From the NCBI GenBank assembly GCA_965267575.1, contig OZ254086.1, positions 3,552,001 to 3,616,000 on the forward strand: 64,000 nucleotides of DNA. The letters are read 5' to 3'. The DNA comes from Calditrichales bacterium. GTDB taxonomy: Bacteria; Calditrichota; Calditrichia; Calditrichales; J004. Both the position numbers and the translations under genes were made by a program. This document shows positions 20,726 to 30,137 of this stretch, in pieces (within the stretch, counting starts at the first letter, position 1; each line of letters begins with the position of its first letter). The notes under the pieces are model-generated. The model made no database searches, was not told where the DNA came from, and worked only from the letters and a program-made list of their open reading frames with translations.

Positions 20726-22600
20726 ATGTTGCCCGGATTAAGCTGGATTGTCGCTTTACCTTTATTGGGATTTCTGCTGCTTACATTTGCTGGCCGGCGC
20801 CTTGGCAAAACCGCCGTGGGGCTGGTGGGTGTAGGTTCTGTAGGGCTTTCCGCGCTTCTTTCAATTATTTACGCGATTCTGTTTTTCAGTAATCCACCGT
20901 CCTCAGGGGTCATCATTGATACGTTGTGGACGTGGATAAGCGTTGGCGGTCTGGATGTATCGATCAGTCTGAGGCTGGACGCGCTCTCACTGATCTTTAT
21001 CCTGGTGATTACCTTTGTCGGCTTTTTAATCCACCTCTACTCCTCCGAGTTTATGGAGGAAGATGAAGCCTATCCGCGATTCCTGTCTTACATGAATCTT
21101 TTTGTCACCGCCATGCTGATCCTGGTACTGGCCGATAACCTGCTTTTGCTCTACCTGGGCTGGGAAGGTGTTGGTTTGTGCAGCTATTTGCTGATAGGAT
21201 TCTGGTACAAAGATCCGGCAAACGGCTATGCTGCCCGCAAAGCGTTCATAGTAACGCGTGTCGGTGATACTGCCATGGCCATCGGATTGTTTATCCTGTT
21301 TTATGCTTTTGGCACGTTCCACATTGAAACTATTCTGAATAACGCGCCCGACGTATGGAGTGTTGGCGCGCCCATGGCTATTGCCGCGGCAGCCCTTTTA
21401 CTGGGTGGTGCCGTGGGCAAATCGGCGCAATTGCCGTTGCAAACCTGGCTGCCCGACGCCATGGCCGGTCCGACGCCGGTAAGCGCGCTGATCCACGCCG
21501 CGACGATGGTGACAGCCGGTGTTTACCTGATTGCCCGTACGCATGTCCTGTTTGAACTGGCCCCCGTTATCCAGGGCCTCGTGGCGGTTGTCGGATTGGC
21601 AACGCTGCTTATCGCAGGTTTCAGCGCGTTGGTGCAGTACGACATTAAACGCGTTCTGGCCTATTCCACGATCAGCCAGATTGGCTACATGTTTTTGGCT
21701 CTGGGTGTTGGCGCCTGGTCGGCTGCCGTTTTCCATTTTATGACGCACGCCTTCTTTAAAGCGCTGCTTTTCCTTGGCGCCGGCGTGATTATTCATACGC
21801 TGCATCACGAGCACAATATGTTCCGTATGGGCGGTCTGAAGAAGCAGCTGCCCGTTACATACTGGATGTTTTTGATCGCCTCCGGGGCGCTGGCCGCGGT
21901 GCCGCTTGTTACCGCCGGATTCTACAGCAAAGACGCGATCATCTGGTACGCCTGGGCTTCGGAGAGCGGGTCAGCCTGGTTGTGGGGCGGCGCTGTCATC
22001 GGCGCGTTTATAACGGCGCTCTATACCTTCCGCATGGTCTTTATTACATTTTTCGGGCGGGCCACGGCACAGATTACACACAAACCGGGTTTGCGTCTGC
22101 AACTGCCGCTGGTTGTTCTGGGCGTGCTCTCCTTCGCCGGTGGTTTTGTGGAGCTGCCCGCAACGATGGGCCATTTTACGCCATTTTCAGATTTTGTCAC
22201 TGCCGTGCTGCCGGCCACCGCCGCGCACCATTATGATTTTTTCAGCGAACTGATGTTTCAGCTTTTGGTTGTCGCATTAACGGCGACGGCCATCGTCATC
22301 GCCTGGCGTCTTTACCTGGTCAGGCCGGTGGAGCAGGGCGAGCCTTCGGCTTTGCAGCGCTTCTGGTTCAGCGGCTGGGGCTTCGACTGGCTTTATGACC
22401 GCTTATTTGTATGGCCCTACACCTGGATGGCGACAATCAACAAAAACGATTTTATTGATGCCTTTTTTAACGGACTGGCGCGTTTTACCGCAGGCACCAG
22501 CCGTGTTCTGCGCGTGACCCAAACCGGACGTCTGCGCAACTACGCCATGAGTATCGCTTTTGGCGCATTGATCACATTAACCCTGATGATACTGTTATGA
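20726..22600 (+). CDS. nuoL: NADH-quinone oxidoreductase subunit L
   Basis: GWEGVGLCSYLLIGFW and GKSAQLPLQTWLPDAMAGPTPVSALIHAATMV motifs. Confidence 0.98.
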   Translation: MLPGLSWIVALPLLGFLLLTFAGRRLGKTAVGLVGVGSVGLSALLSIIYAILFFSNPPSSGVIIDTLWTWISVGGLDVSISLRLDALSLIFILVITFVGFLIHLYSSEFMEEDEAYPRFLSYMNLFVTAMLILVLADNLLLLYLGWEGVGLCSYLLIGFWYKDPANGYAARKAFIVTRVGDTAMAIGLFILFYAFGTFHIETILNNAPDVWSVGAPMAIAAAALLLGGAVGKSAQLPLQTWLPDAMAGPTPVSALIHAATMVTAGVYLIARTHVLFELAPVIQGLVAVVGLATLLIAGFSALVQYDIKRVLAYSTISQIGYMFLALGVGAWSAAVFHFMTHAFFKALLFLGAGVIIHTLHHEHNMFRMGGLKKQLPVTYWMFLIASGALAAVPLVTAGFYSKDAIIWYAWASESGSAWLWGGAVIGAFITALYTFRMVFITFFGRATAQITHKPGLRLQLPLVVLGVLSFAGGFVELPATMGHFTPFSDFVTAVLPATAAHHYDFFSELMFQLLVVALTATAIVIAWRLYLVRPVEQGEPSALQRFWFSGWGFDWLYDRLFVWPYTWMATINKNDFIDAFFNGLARFTAGTSRVLRVTQTGRLRNYAMSIAFGALITLTLMILL

Positions 22601-24177
22601 CACTGACTTTGCTATATCTGTGGCTGTTTGCCGGTGCATTGCTGGCCTGGTTTTCCGGGCGTTTTAACAAAAACGCGCCGCGCGTGGTGGCAATTGGTTT
22701 CATGATTGTGCACCTGGTTGGCGTTGTTGTGTTGTGGAGCGGCTTCCCCATGCTGCAGGCACAAAGCGGGCAGGGTGACTGGCTGCTTTCACTGAGCCTG
22801 CCGTGGATTCCGCAGCTTGGTATCCGCTACAGCCTGGCACTGGATGGTCTCAGTCTGTTACTGATATTTCTGACAGCTTTTCTGGGGCTACTGAGCGTGG
22901 CTGCCTCCTGGAAGGGCATTACGGAAAAAACGGGCTTTTTCTACTTTAACCTGCTCTGGATACTCGGCGCCATTGTTGGTGTTTTCCTGGCGGTTGATCT
23001 TTTCCTGTTCTACTTCTTCTGGGAAATGATGCTGATACCGCTTTATTTCCTGATCGGCATTTGGGGACACGAAAACCGCACCTATGCCACGCTTAAGTTT
23101 TTCATCTTTACGCAGGCCGGCGGCTTGTTTATGCTGCTTGCTTTTGTGGCGCTTTACCTGATCCATGGTGCCAATACCGGCTTTTACACCTTTGAATATA
23201 CGGAATTGCTCGGAACAAATATTGCGCCGGAGATTGCCTTCTGGCTGATGCTGGGCCTGTTTGTGGCCTTTGCCGTCAAGCTGCCGATGGTACCGTTGCA
23301 CACCTGGCTGCCCGATGCGCACACCGAAGCGCCCACGGCCGGTAGTGTTGTTCTCGCCGGTCTGGTACTGAAAGCAGGCGCCTACGGAATGATTCGATTT
23401 ATGGTGCCGCTGTTTCCGCAGGCCACTTTTGATTTTTCGCTGATTGCCATGGTGCTTGGCGTGATAAGTATTCTGTACGGCGCCATCGTTGCTTTTGGGC
23501 AAACCGACCTGAAACGGCTGGTGGCTTACACCAGTGTCAGTCACATGGGTTTTGTTTTGCTTGGTATTTTCGCCTGGAATGAGATTGCCCTGCAGGGCGC
23601 GCTGATCATCGTTCTGGCACACGGGTTGAGCACGGGCGCTTTGTTTATCCTTGTGGGCGCCATACAGGAGCGTCTGCATACGAGGGAAATGGGCAAAATG
23701 GGCGGCATCTGGAGCATTGCCCCGAAGATGAGCGGCTGGGCCTTGTTCTTCGCGCTGGCTTCGCTGGGGCTGCCGGGCATGGCCAATTTTGTCGGCGAGT
23801 TCCTGGTGCTTCTGGGATTGTTCCAGATTAATGTGCCGATTGCCGTGGTTGCCACCTTTGGTTTTGTGGTAGCCTCTATCTATTCCTTGTGGATTGTTCA
23901 AAAGGCCTTTCACGGCGGAGACGAAAACAAGCTTAAACTGGCCGATTTTGACAAACGCGAGGTGGCCGTTATGGCTTCACTCGGGTTGATCATTCTGTGG
24001 CTGGGGCTTTTCCCGCAGATGGTCTTTAATACATCACGGGCGGCATTGGACAATCTGCGCGGCAAGGTGGAAAAAATGCTCGAGGAGCCGCAAAAGGAAA
24101 CCGTGGAAAGAAGAGAATCGGACAAGATGCCAAGAATAAGCGGATTGACGGAAGAGGTGAAGCGTGAGCTACACTGA
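22597..24177 (+). CDS. nuoM: NADH-quinone oxidoreductase subunit M
   Basis: FFWEMMLIP, PLHTWLPDAHTEAP and KRLVAYTSVSHMG motifs. Confidence 0.98.
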   Translation: MTLTLLYLWLFAGALLAWFSGRFNKNAPRVVAIGFMIVHLVGVVVLWSGFPMLQAQSGQGDWLLSLSLPWIPQLGIRYSLALDGLSLLLIFLTAFLGLLSVAASWKGITEKTGFFYFNLLWILGAIVGVFLAVDLFLFYFFWEMMLIPLYFLIGIWGHENRTYATLKFFIFTQAGGLFMLLAFVALYLIHGANTGFYTFEYTELLGTNIAPEIAFWLMLGLFVAFAVKLPMVPLHTWLPDAHTEAPTAGSVVLAGLVLKAGAYGMIRFMVPLFPQATFDFSLIAMVLGVISILYGAIVAFGQTDLKRLVAYTSVSHMGFVLLGIFAWNEIALQGALIIVLAHGLSTGALFILVGAIQERLHTREMGKMGGIWSIAPKMSGWALFFALASLGLPGMANFVGEFLVLLGLFQINVPIAVVATFGFVVASIYSLWIVQKAFHGGDENKLKLADFDKREVAVMASLGLIILWLGLFPQMVFNTSRAALDNLRGKVEKMLEEPQKETVERRESDKMPRISGLTEEVKRELH

Positions 24178-25594
24178 TTTGAACCTGTTGCTGCCGCTGA
24201 TAAGCCTGGCGGCCGCGCCTGTTGTGATAATGCTTTCGATAGTGGTTAAAAGAAATCATACTGTTACGTTTTTGCTGAGCATGGCCGGTGTTGTGGCCGC
24301 GTTGCTGCTGATACCGGTTGCCGCGACAGATGCCCCGCGGGAAGTTCTGACCATTCTGCAAATTGACAACTTTGGCTTTTATTACCTCGGTTTGATCTTG
24401 TGCGCAACGCTGGCGGTGGTGCTGATTTCGCACAGCATGCTTTACAATTTCAACGATCAGCGTGAAGAGTTTTATATGCTGCTGTTGCTGGGTGCGCTTG
24501 GTTCGGGCATTATGGTTTTCAGTAGTCACTTTGTGTCACTTTTCCTGGGTCTGGAACTGTTGGGTGTTTCCCTCTACGCGCTTATCGGTTACCGCCGCGA
24601 AAATGAAGAGGGGATCGAAGCGGCCCTGAAATACCTGATCCTGGCGGCCGTGTCATCGGCTTTTCTGTTATTTGGCATGGCGCTGATTTATGCCGAATCC
24701 GGTATCATGGCCTTTGACCATCTGGCGCAATACGTGGATGAAGGGCAGGCCGGTTACCTGTTTGCCGCGGGTATGATGCTTGTTGTCGTGGGCGCCGGTT
24801 TTAAGCTTGCTGTAGTACCTTTCCACATGTGGACGCCCGATGTTTACCAGGGCGCACCGGCTCCGGTTACGGCGTTTATTGCCACGGTTTCCAAGGGCGG
24901 CGTTCTGGCCTTGGTTTTTCGCCTCGCCTCGGAAACAGACCTCCTTGGCAATACCTCGGTATGGATCGTATTTACACTTATTGCGATTGCATCTATGTTT
25001 GGCGGAAATATACTGGCGTTGCTGCAGGATAACGTGAAGCGCATCCTGGCCTATTCATCGATTGCCCATTTTGGTTATGTGTTGGTAGCCTTTTTGGCTA
25101 TGGGCGACGGTGGAGATGCAGCCGCTGCCTTTTACCTGGCTTCCTACTTTATCACCATCATAGGCGCCTTTGGCGTCATTGCTTATCTCTCGTCGCCGCA
25201 AAGCGACATACAGGAACTTTCAGACTTCCGTGCGCTTTTCTGGAAGCGGCCCTGGCTCTCGGCGGCTTTTACCGCCATCCTGCTCTCACTGGCCGGCATA
25301 CCGCTTACGATTGGTTTTATCGGTAAATACTACATCGTCCTTGCCGGCGCTGCGGCTTCGCTGTGGGGTCTGCTGATTATCCTTGTTGTTAACAGCGTGA
25401 TAAGTCTTTACTATTACCTGCGCATTGTCGTTACCATGTTCGCGCCCCTCGAAGAAGAAGCCTCTGTCGGTTCGCTTTCATTTTCCACACTCGGCGCGGG
25501 ACTTGGCGTAACATTGACGGTCATACTGCTGCTATTCTGGGGCATCCTGCCTGACGGGGTTATCAGTCTTGTGCGTTTTATGGTGGCACTGTAA
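24164..25594 (+). CDS. nuoN: NADH-quinone oxidoreductase subunit N
   Basis: EAALKY, FKLAVVPFHMWTPDVYQGAP and KRILAYSSIAH motifs. Confidence 0.98.
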   Translation: MSYTDLNLLLPLISLAAAPVVIMLSIVVKRNHTVTFLLSMAGVVAALLLIPVAATDAPREVLTILQIDNFGFYYLGLILCATLAVVLISHSMLYNFNDQREEFYMLLLLGALGSGIMVFSSHFVSLFLGLELLGVSLYALIGYRRENEEGIEAALKYLILAAVSSAFLLFGMALIYAESGIMAFDHLAQYVDEGQAGYLFAAGMMLVVVGAGFKLAVVPFHMWTPDVYQGAPAPVTAFIATVSKGGVLALVFRLASETDLLGNTSVWIVFTLIAIASMFGGNILALLQDNVKRILAYSSIAHFGYVLVAFLAMGDGGDAAAAFYLASYFITIIGAFGVIAYLSSPQSDIQELSDFRALFWKRPWLSAAFTAILLSLAGIPLTIGFIGKYYIVLAGAAASLWGLLIILVVNSVISLYYYLRIVVTMFAPLEEEASVGSLSFSTLGAGLGVTLTVILLLFWGILPDGVISLVRFMVAL

Positions 25595-25765
25595 ATATCA
25601 ATTCTAAACTGCCAATATTCTTTTAATCCTCGTAGCATTGGTGTGCGCAAAATACGCCCCTTAGTATCGTTTAGCGCAAATTGTGCGCAATGTAAATTTC
25701 CTAATATATCTTCCCCACTGGCTTTAACTGCAGGTTTAATGCACGTTTATGGCTTTTGTCCTAAA

Positions 25766-25781
25766 TGGCATGGATGTTGTC
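25766..25781 (+). promoter_or_regulatory. Possible sigma-54 (-24/-12) promoter
   Basis: TGGCATGGATGTTGT matches TGGCAC-N5-TTGC spacing, with GT instead of GC at -12. Repeated GCGCAAA motifs at 25644-25689 could be activator sites. Confidence 0.4.
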
Positions 25782-25831
25782 TTTAAGTGAGGCGAGCTGC
25801 CACAGACCCTAAACTCACTTGGAGGCCGACG

Positions 25832-27136
25832 ATGCGTTTCATGCTGCTTTTTTTGTTCTTTTTTTCTATCTCAATTTCTTTTGCCGGTGCGCTGCATGCG
25901 TCTGAACAACAGGCTGCTCAATTGGCTCATAACGCGCAGTACGACAGCGCGATAGCTGTTTACACACAATTACTGCAAGACGATCCGGAGAATGCCTCCT
26001 TGTTGATTGGCCGCGGATATGCCTATTCCTGGCAAGGCCAATACCAAGCAGCCTTGGCCGACTTTGGGCGTGTTCTGAGCATGGAGTCCGAAAACAGCGA
26101 TGCTATGACCGGTGCCGCATATACCCACGCCTGGGCGGGAAACTACGCTACGGCTGATTCGCTGTTTAAACGGGTGCAGGAATTGGAGCCTTCACGAAAT
26201 GAGATTCCCGTTGCACGAGCATACGTTGCCTTGTGGCGTGGTAATCTTGATGAAGCGCTTACCCGTTTTGAGTACATGAAACATGAAATGCCGGAAAACG
26301 GCGAAGTTTTAATGGGGCTGGCACAAACACAAATAGAGGCTGGACAGTTGCGTTCGGCACGACGTTCTCTTGAGAGCCTTCTGCAACTCCAACCGGAAAA
26401 CGAAACTGCGCAAAAACTTCTGAATGATATACGCAATCATACGGCGTTTATGGAGCTTTCCATCAATACGGGTTACAGTAACCTCACCACAAATGAAACG
26501 TTCGGCGTGCGTTCGTTTGGATTGCTTTTTCGCCCGTTGCCCAACCTTATGGTAAATGCCCACTATGACAACACGCTTTCATTGGACAACAGCCAGATTA
26601 TAAGCATGGACAAAAGCGCCCCGTTATACAAGATAGGCGCGGGTATTTCCTGGCATAAAGACGCTTACTCAAAACTGGAAGCAGGACGGCGCGACGTAAG
26701 CGGTATCTCCCAGACCCTGCTGATGGCAGAGCAGGTTTTATTTTTAGATGACATTGCGCTTAAAGCCGGAGCTGTGTTTGGCGCAAACGCCGACTTTAAT
26801 GACGAATGGATGGTTTTTGGCGGTGCCTCTTTCCCTATAATGAAATCTCTTTCGCTGGAGCCGCATTATTTCTTCAGTGACAATGGCATTGATAACCAGC
26901 AGAGATTTTTACTTGCCTCCACCTACAGGTTCAGCCGCGATTATGAACTAAGTGGCGGTTTGCTATACGGTCGTTTCAGCGGAACACGCAATGACGATAT
27001 TTTTGGAGCGCATCTTTCATTTAACGCGCCGCTTGTTGAAAACCACTGGTGGTCCTTGCGCTTCAACCATGAAGAGCTCCCGGGCTACAGCCAAAACGTG
27101 ATCGCGCTGGGTTTACGCCTGCGCCTTGAGCGATAG
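25832..27136 (+). CDS. Signal peptide + TPR repeats + C-terminal outer-membrane beta-barrel (YaiO/PgaA-like architecture)
   Basis: Hydrophobic N-terminus, several TPRs (AYSWQGQYQAAL, AWAGNYATA), alternating beta-strand C-terminal half; GGAGG RBS. Confidence 0.75.
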   Translation: MRFMLLFLFFFSISISFAGALHASEQQAAQLAHNAQYDSAIAVYTQLLQDDPENASLLIGRGYAYSWQGQYQAALADFGRVLSMESENSDAMTGAAYTHAWAGNYATADSLFKRVQELEPSRNEIPVARAYVALWRGNLDEALTRFEYMKHEMPENGEVLMGLAQTQIEAGQLRSARRSLESLLQLQPENETAQKLLNDIRNHTAFMELSINTGYSNLTTNETFGVRSFGLLFRPLPNLMVNAHYDNTLSLDNSQIISMDKSAPLYKIGAGISWHKDAYSKLEAGRRDVSGISQTLLMAEQVLFLDDIALKAGAVFGANADFNDEWMVFGGASFPIMKSLSLEPHYFFSDNGIDNQQRFLLASTYRFSRDYELSGGLLYGRFSGTRNDDIFGAHLSFNAPLVENHWWSLRFNHEELPGYSQNVIALGLRLRLER

Positions 27137-27145
27137 GGGGCGGTC

Positions 27146-28963
27146 ATGGGAGAGTATATCAAAGCGCTTCTGATAAGCAGAAAAAATCTTTCCGGGGAGA
27201 TGGCCGGACAAAAAAGCAATTATCGTCCAAACCCGGCCATGTACATATCTATCTTTGGAGTATGGATTGCGGCCGTTTTCTGGTTTCATCCGAGAATGTT
27301 AATGCTGTATGATATGGTGGATGGACCGCTTCAGTGGATGTCCATTAGCTTTTTCATCGTTTTTGTAGAACTGGCCTGGCTATATGGTTTTTTCAACGCC
27401 GGCGTTGTGCTGTTTGCCTGGCTTTACAGGAAAACGAGCAAACCGCAGATTGCGCCAATGCCCGCCCGCGAGGCACTGCCGCCCGTGGCTGTATTGTATA
27501 CAACCTGCAATGATTTTGTGGAAGAGAGTGCCCGCTCCTGTGTGGTGCAGAATTATCCGCGCTTCACGGTCTATATCCTGGACGACAGTTCTGATCCATC
27601 TTATAAAAAACGTATAGAATCCTTTGCTGAAGAACATGGCGACAAAGTGAGCGTTATCCGTCGTCCCGATCGGCGCGCTTTTAAAGCGGGTAACATGAAC
27701 CACGCTCTGGAAAAGCATGTTCGTGAACCATTCTTTGCCATCGCTGATGCCGATGAAATTTTGCCCCCTGATTTTCTCTCGCGCATGTTGCCTGAGATAA
27801 TGTACGATTCTGAGATAGGCTTTATTCAGGCCAACCACCGCAGTAATCCAAAACAAGAATCATCCCTCGCCCGCTCATTAGGTATGGGAGTAGATATTCA
27901 CTGGCGCTGGTATCAGCCGCTACGCAACCGTTTTGGCTTCGTGATGTTTTTGGGCCACGGCGCAGTGTTACGGCGTATTTGCTGGGAAAAAATTGGCGGA
28001 TTCCCGGAAATCGTTAGTGAAGACCTGGGGTTTGCCATACGGATTCGCGAGTACGGCTATCGCGGCAAATTTGTGGAACATGTTGTGTGTTATGAGGATT
28101 TCCCGGAAGACATAAGGTCATTTCGTATCAGGCACATCAAATGGACGCGTGGCACGTGTGAGTTTTTACTGAAAGAAGGTCGTGGTCTGATCCGTTCTCG
28201 GGCAATGAGCTGGGCTGAAAAATGCGATATCCTTTTTCCCACCTTGAACCTGCCACTGACTCTGTTTTACTTTCTTTTTATGGTGAATGCTAACATTTTT
28301 ATGCCGCTGCTTTTTGGACGAAGTCAGCCTGTCACTGCCGTAATCGGTGGCAGCGAGTGGGTCTTCCCGGCTGTTGTATTTCAGGATGGTTTTGCTTCTA
28401 TTTTCAGCACGGATTTCTTTCTGATTACACTGCTGACTTTTTTCGCGCCTGTACTGAGTTTTGTGGTTGAGCTGATTCGCAAGCCGCTGACATTACTGAG
28501 GTTCTTGTCACACAGTACCGCCGTTTATGCCGCCTTGAGTCCGCTTTCGGCCATTGGTGTCATTTCTTTTCTTTCGACGAGAAAAGCTACTTTCCTGGTA
28601 ACCGGAGATAAGCAGCAAAGCGCAGCCGCGTCTTCAGCAAAATTTTCTCTTAACGGCATTGGCAGGCGTATCAGGGAAGTTTTGCAACGCAGCCATCCGG
28701 ACCAGCCTGAAGTCCAGTTATTTGAGATTTTGACCGGCGCGGCATTTGTGCTGCTTTGCCTGTTCCTGATCCAAATCTCGTTTTTAGGGCTGGCCCTTGC
28801 TTTTGTCTTTTTGCCGGTTATGCACCATTTTTCCTGGGATAATCAATTTCTGCGAAAAATTGTTTACCTGCCATTTGCCATTATCATTCTGGGATTGCTT
28901 ATAGGATCCTTAAGTGTATTTGGCATGCAAACAGTTTTTTTTGGGTATGGTTTTCACTTCTAA
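27146..28963 (+). CDS. Processive-type GT2 glycosyltransferase (cellulose synthase-like), multi-TM
   Basis: ILDDS, FKAGNMN, DADE, SED and RHIKW (at the QxxRW position); N- and C-terminal TM helices. Confidence 0.85.
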   Translation: MGEYIKALLISRKNLSGEMAGQKSNYRPNPAMYISIFGVWIAAVFWFHPRMLMLYDMVDGPLQWMSISFFIVFVELAWLYGFFNAGVVLFAWLYRKTSKPQIAPMPAREALPPVAVLYTTCNDFVEESARSCVVQNYPRFTVYILDDSSDPSYKKRIESFAEEHGDKVSVIRRPDRRAFKAGNMNHALEKHVREPFFAIADADEILPPDFLSRMLPEIMYDSEIGFIQANHRSNPKQESSLARSLGMGVDIHWRWYQPLRNRFGFVMFLGHGAVLRRICWEKIGGFPEIVSEDLGFAIRIREYGYRGKFVEHVVCYEDFPEDIRSFRIRHIKWTRGTCEFLLKEGRGLIRSRAMSWAEKCDILFPTLNLPLTLFYFLFMVNANIFMPLLFGRSQPVTAVIGGSEWVFPAVVFQDGFASIFSTDFFLITLLTFFAPVLSFVVELIRKPLTLLRFLSHSTAVYAALSPLSAIGVISFLSTRKATFLVTGDKQQSAAASSAKFSLNGIGRRIREVLQRSHPDQPEVQLFEILTGAAFVLLCLFLIQISFLGLALAFVFLPVMHHFSWDNQFLRKIVYLPFAIIILGLLIGSLSVFGMQTVFFGYGFHF

Positions 28964-28992
28964 AAAAGGGGTGCCGTTGTGCACCCCCTTTT
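28962..28992 (+). terminator. Intrinsic terminator
   Basis: AAAAAAGGGGTGC...GCACCCCCTTTT. Confidence 0.8.
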
Positions 28993-29128
28993 AACAAAAG
29001 TTATCAATAAACTAAATTTGATAGGCCTATCAAGTGCTATCATTTACACTTTGCCATGGGAATCGTGACACCTCTGCAAGAAATTTCTGCTACTTTTAGC
29101 AGCAACTTCAAAAAACAAAGGAGGTCCC

Positions 29129-29875
29129 ATGGCTCTTTCCGACAAACAGCAGAAACTGTGCGACGACAGCCCTTTTGATTTCTCTGATCTGAAGGCGCTT
29201 TTCATAAACTGCACGCTCAAACGCTCTCCGCAGCTATCCCATACCGATGGCTTGATGCAGGTGTCGCGCTCGATTATGGAAACCAACAACGTTAAGGTGG
29301 AATCCATCCGTGCCGCCGATCATGATATTGCTTTTGGCGTCTACCCGGATATGACCGAGCACGGCTGGCCGAAAGACGATTGGCCGGCGATCTGGAAAAA
29401 GGTGAAAGAGGCTGATATACTGGTCTTGGGTACGCCCATCTGGCTGGGTGAGAAATCGTCCGTTTGTACCATGGTTATCGAACGTCTTTACGGTGAATCG
29501 GGCAATTTGAATGAACACGGGCAGTATATCTACTATGGCAAGACCGGCGGCTGCATCATTACCGGCAACGAAGACGGCATCAAGCATTGCGCCATGAGCA
29601 TTATCTACGCGCTGCAACACCTGGGCTACACGATCCCGCCGCAGGCCGATGCCGGCTGGATCGGTGAAGCCGGACCGGGACCATCCTACCTGGATGAAAA
29701 CTCCGGTGGACCGGAAAACGATTTCACCCAGCGCAACACCACTTTTATGACCTGGAACCTGATGCATACGGCGCGCATGCTGAAGGACAACAAGGGGATT
29801 CCCGCCCACGGCAACCAACGCTCGGAATGGGACGCCGGCTGCCGCTTTGATCATCCCAACCCGGATTACAGGTAG
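29129..29875 (+). CDS. Flavodoxin family / NADPH-dependent FMN reductase-like protein
   Basis: NCTLKRSP..SHT, ADILVLGTPIWLG and ITGNEDG motifs; AGGAGG RBS. Confidence 0.85.
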   Translation: MALSDKQQKLCDDSPFDFSDLKALFINCTLKRSPQLSHTDGLMQVSRSIMETNNVKVESIRAADHDIAFGVYPDMTEHGWPKDDWPAIWKKVKEADILVLGTPIWLGEKSSVCTMVIERLYGESGNLNEHGQYIYYGKTGGCIITGNEDGIKHCAMSIIYALQHLGYTIPPQADAGWIGEAGPGPSYLDENSGGPENDFTQRNTTFMTWNLMHTARMLKDNKGIPAHGNQRSEWDAGCRFDHPNPDYR

Positions 29876-29890
29876 GGGAGGGTTGAATAG

Positions 29891-30133
29891 ATGGTCTTGA
29901 AGTCTGGAAGTCTGGATGTCTAGAAGTCAGCTGCGTAAAGGCATTATCCCCGCCTGTCCCGAAACAGTTCCCCTCCTGGGAGGGGCAAGGTGGGTTTTGC
30001 ACGTTATCATATAAACTGCTGCCAAATGCGATGAACCCATCCCTAACCCTTCCCGAGAAGGGGATCATATTAAGCGTTATATCAAATTTCTACCCGACCC
30101 CCAAGACATCGAGACCTCAAGACTTCCCGACCT
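29891..30133. repeat. Inverted octamer arrays enclosing a REP-like doublet
   Basis: (GAAGTCTG-like)n at 29891-29929, TTCCCCTCCTGGGAGGGG...CCCTTCCCGAGAAGGGGA at 29968-30064, (AAGACATC-like)n at 30093-30133. Confidence 0.75.
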
Positions 30134-30137
30134 GTCC

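Noticed and set aside
22888..23913. 341-aa minus-strand ORF
   Set aside because: Antisense shadow of nuoM.
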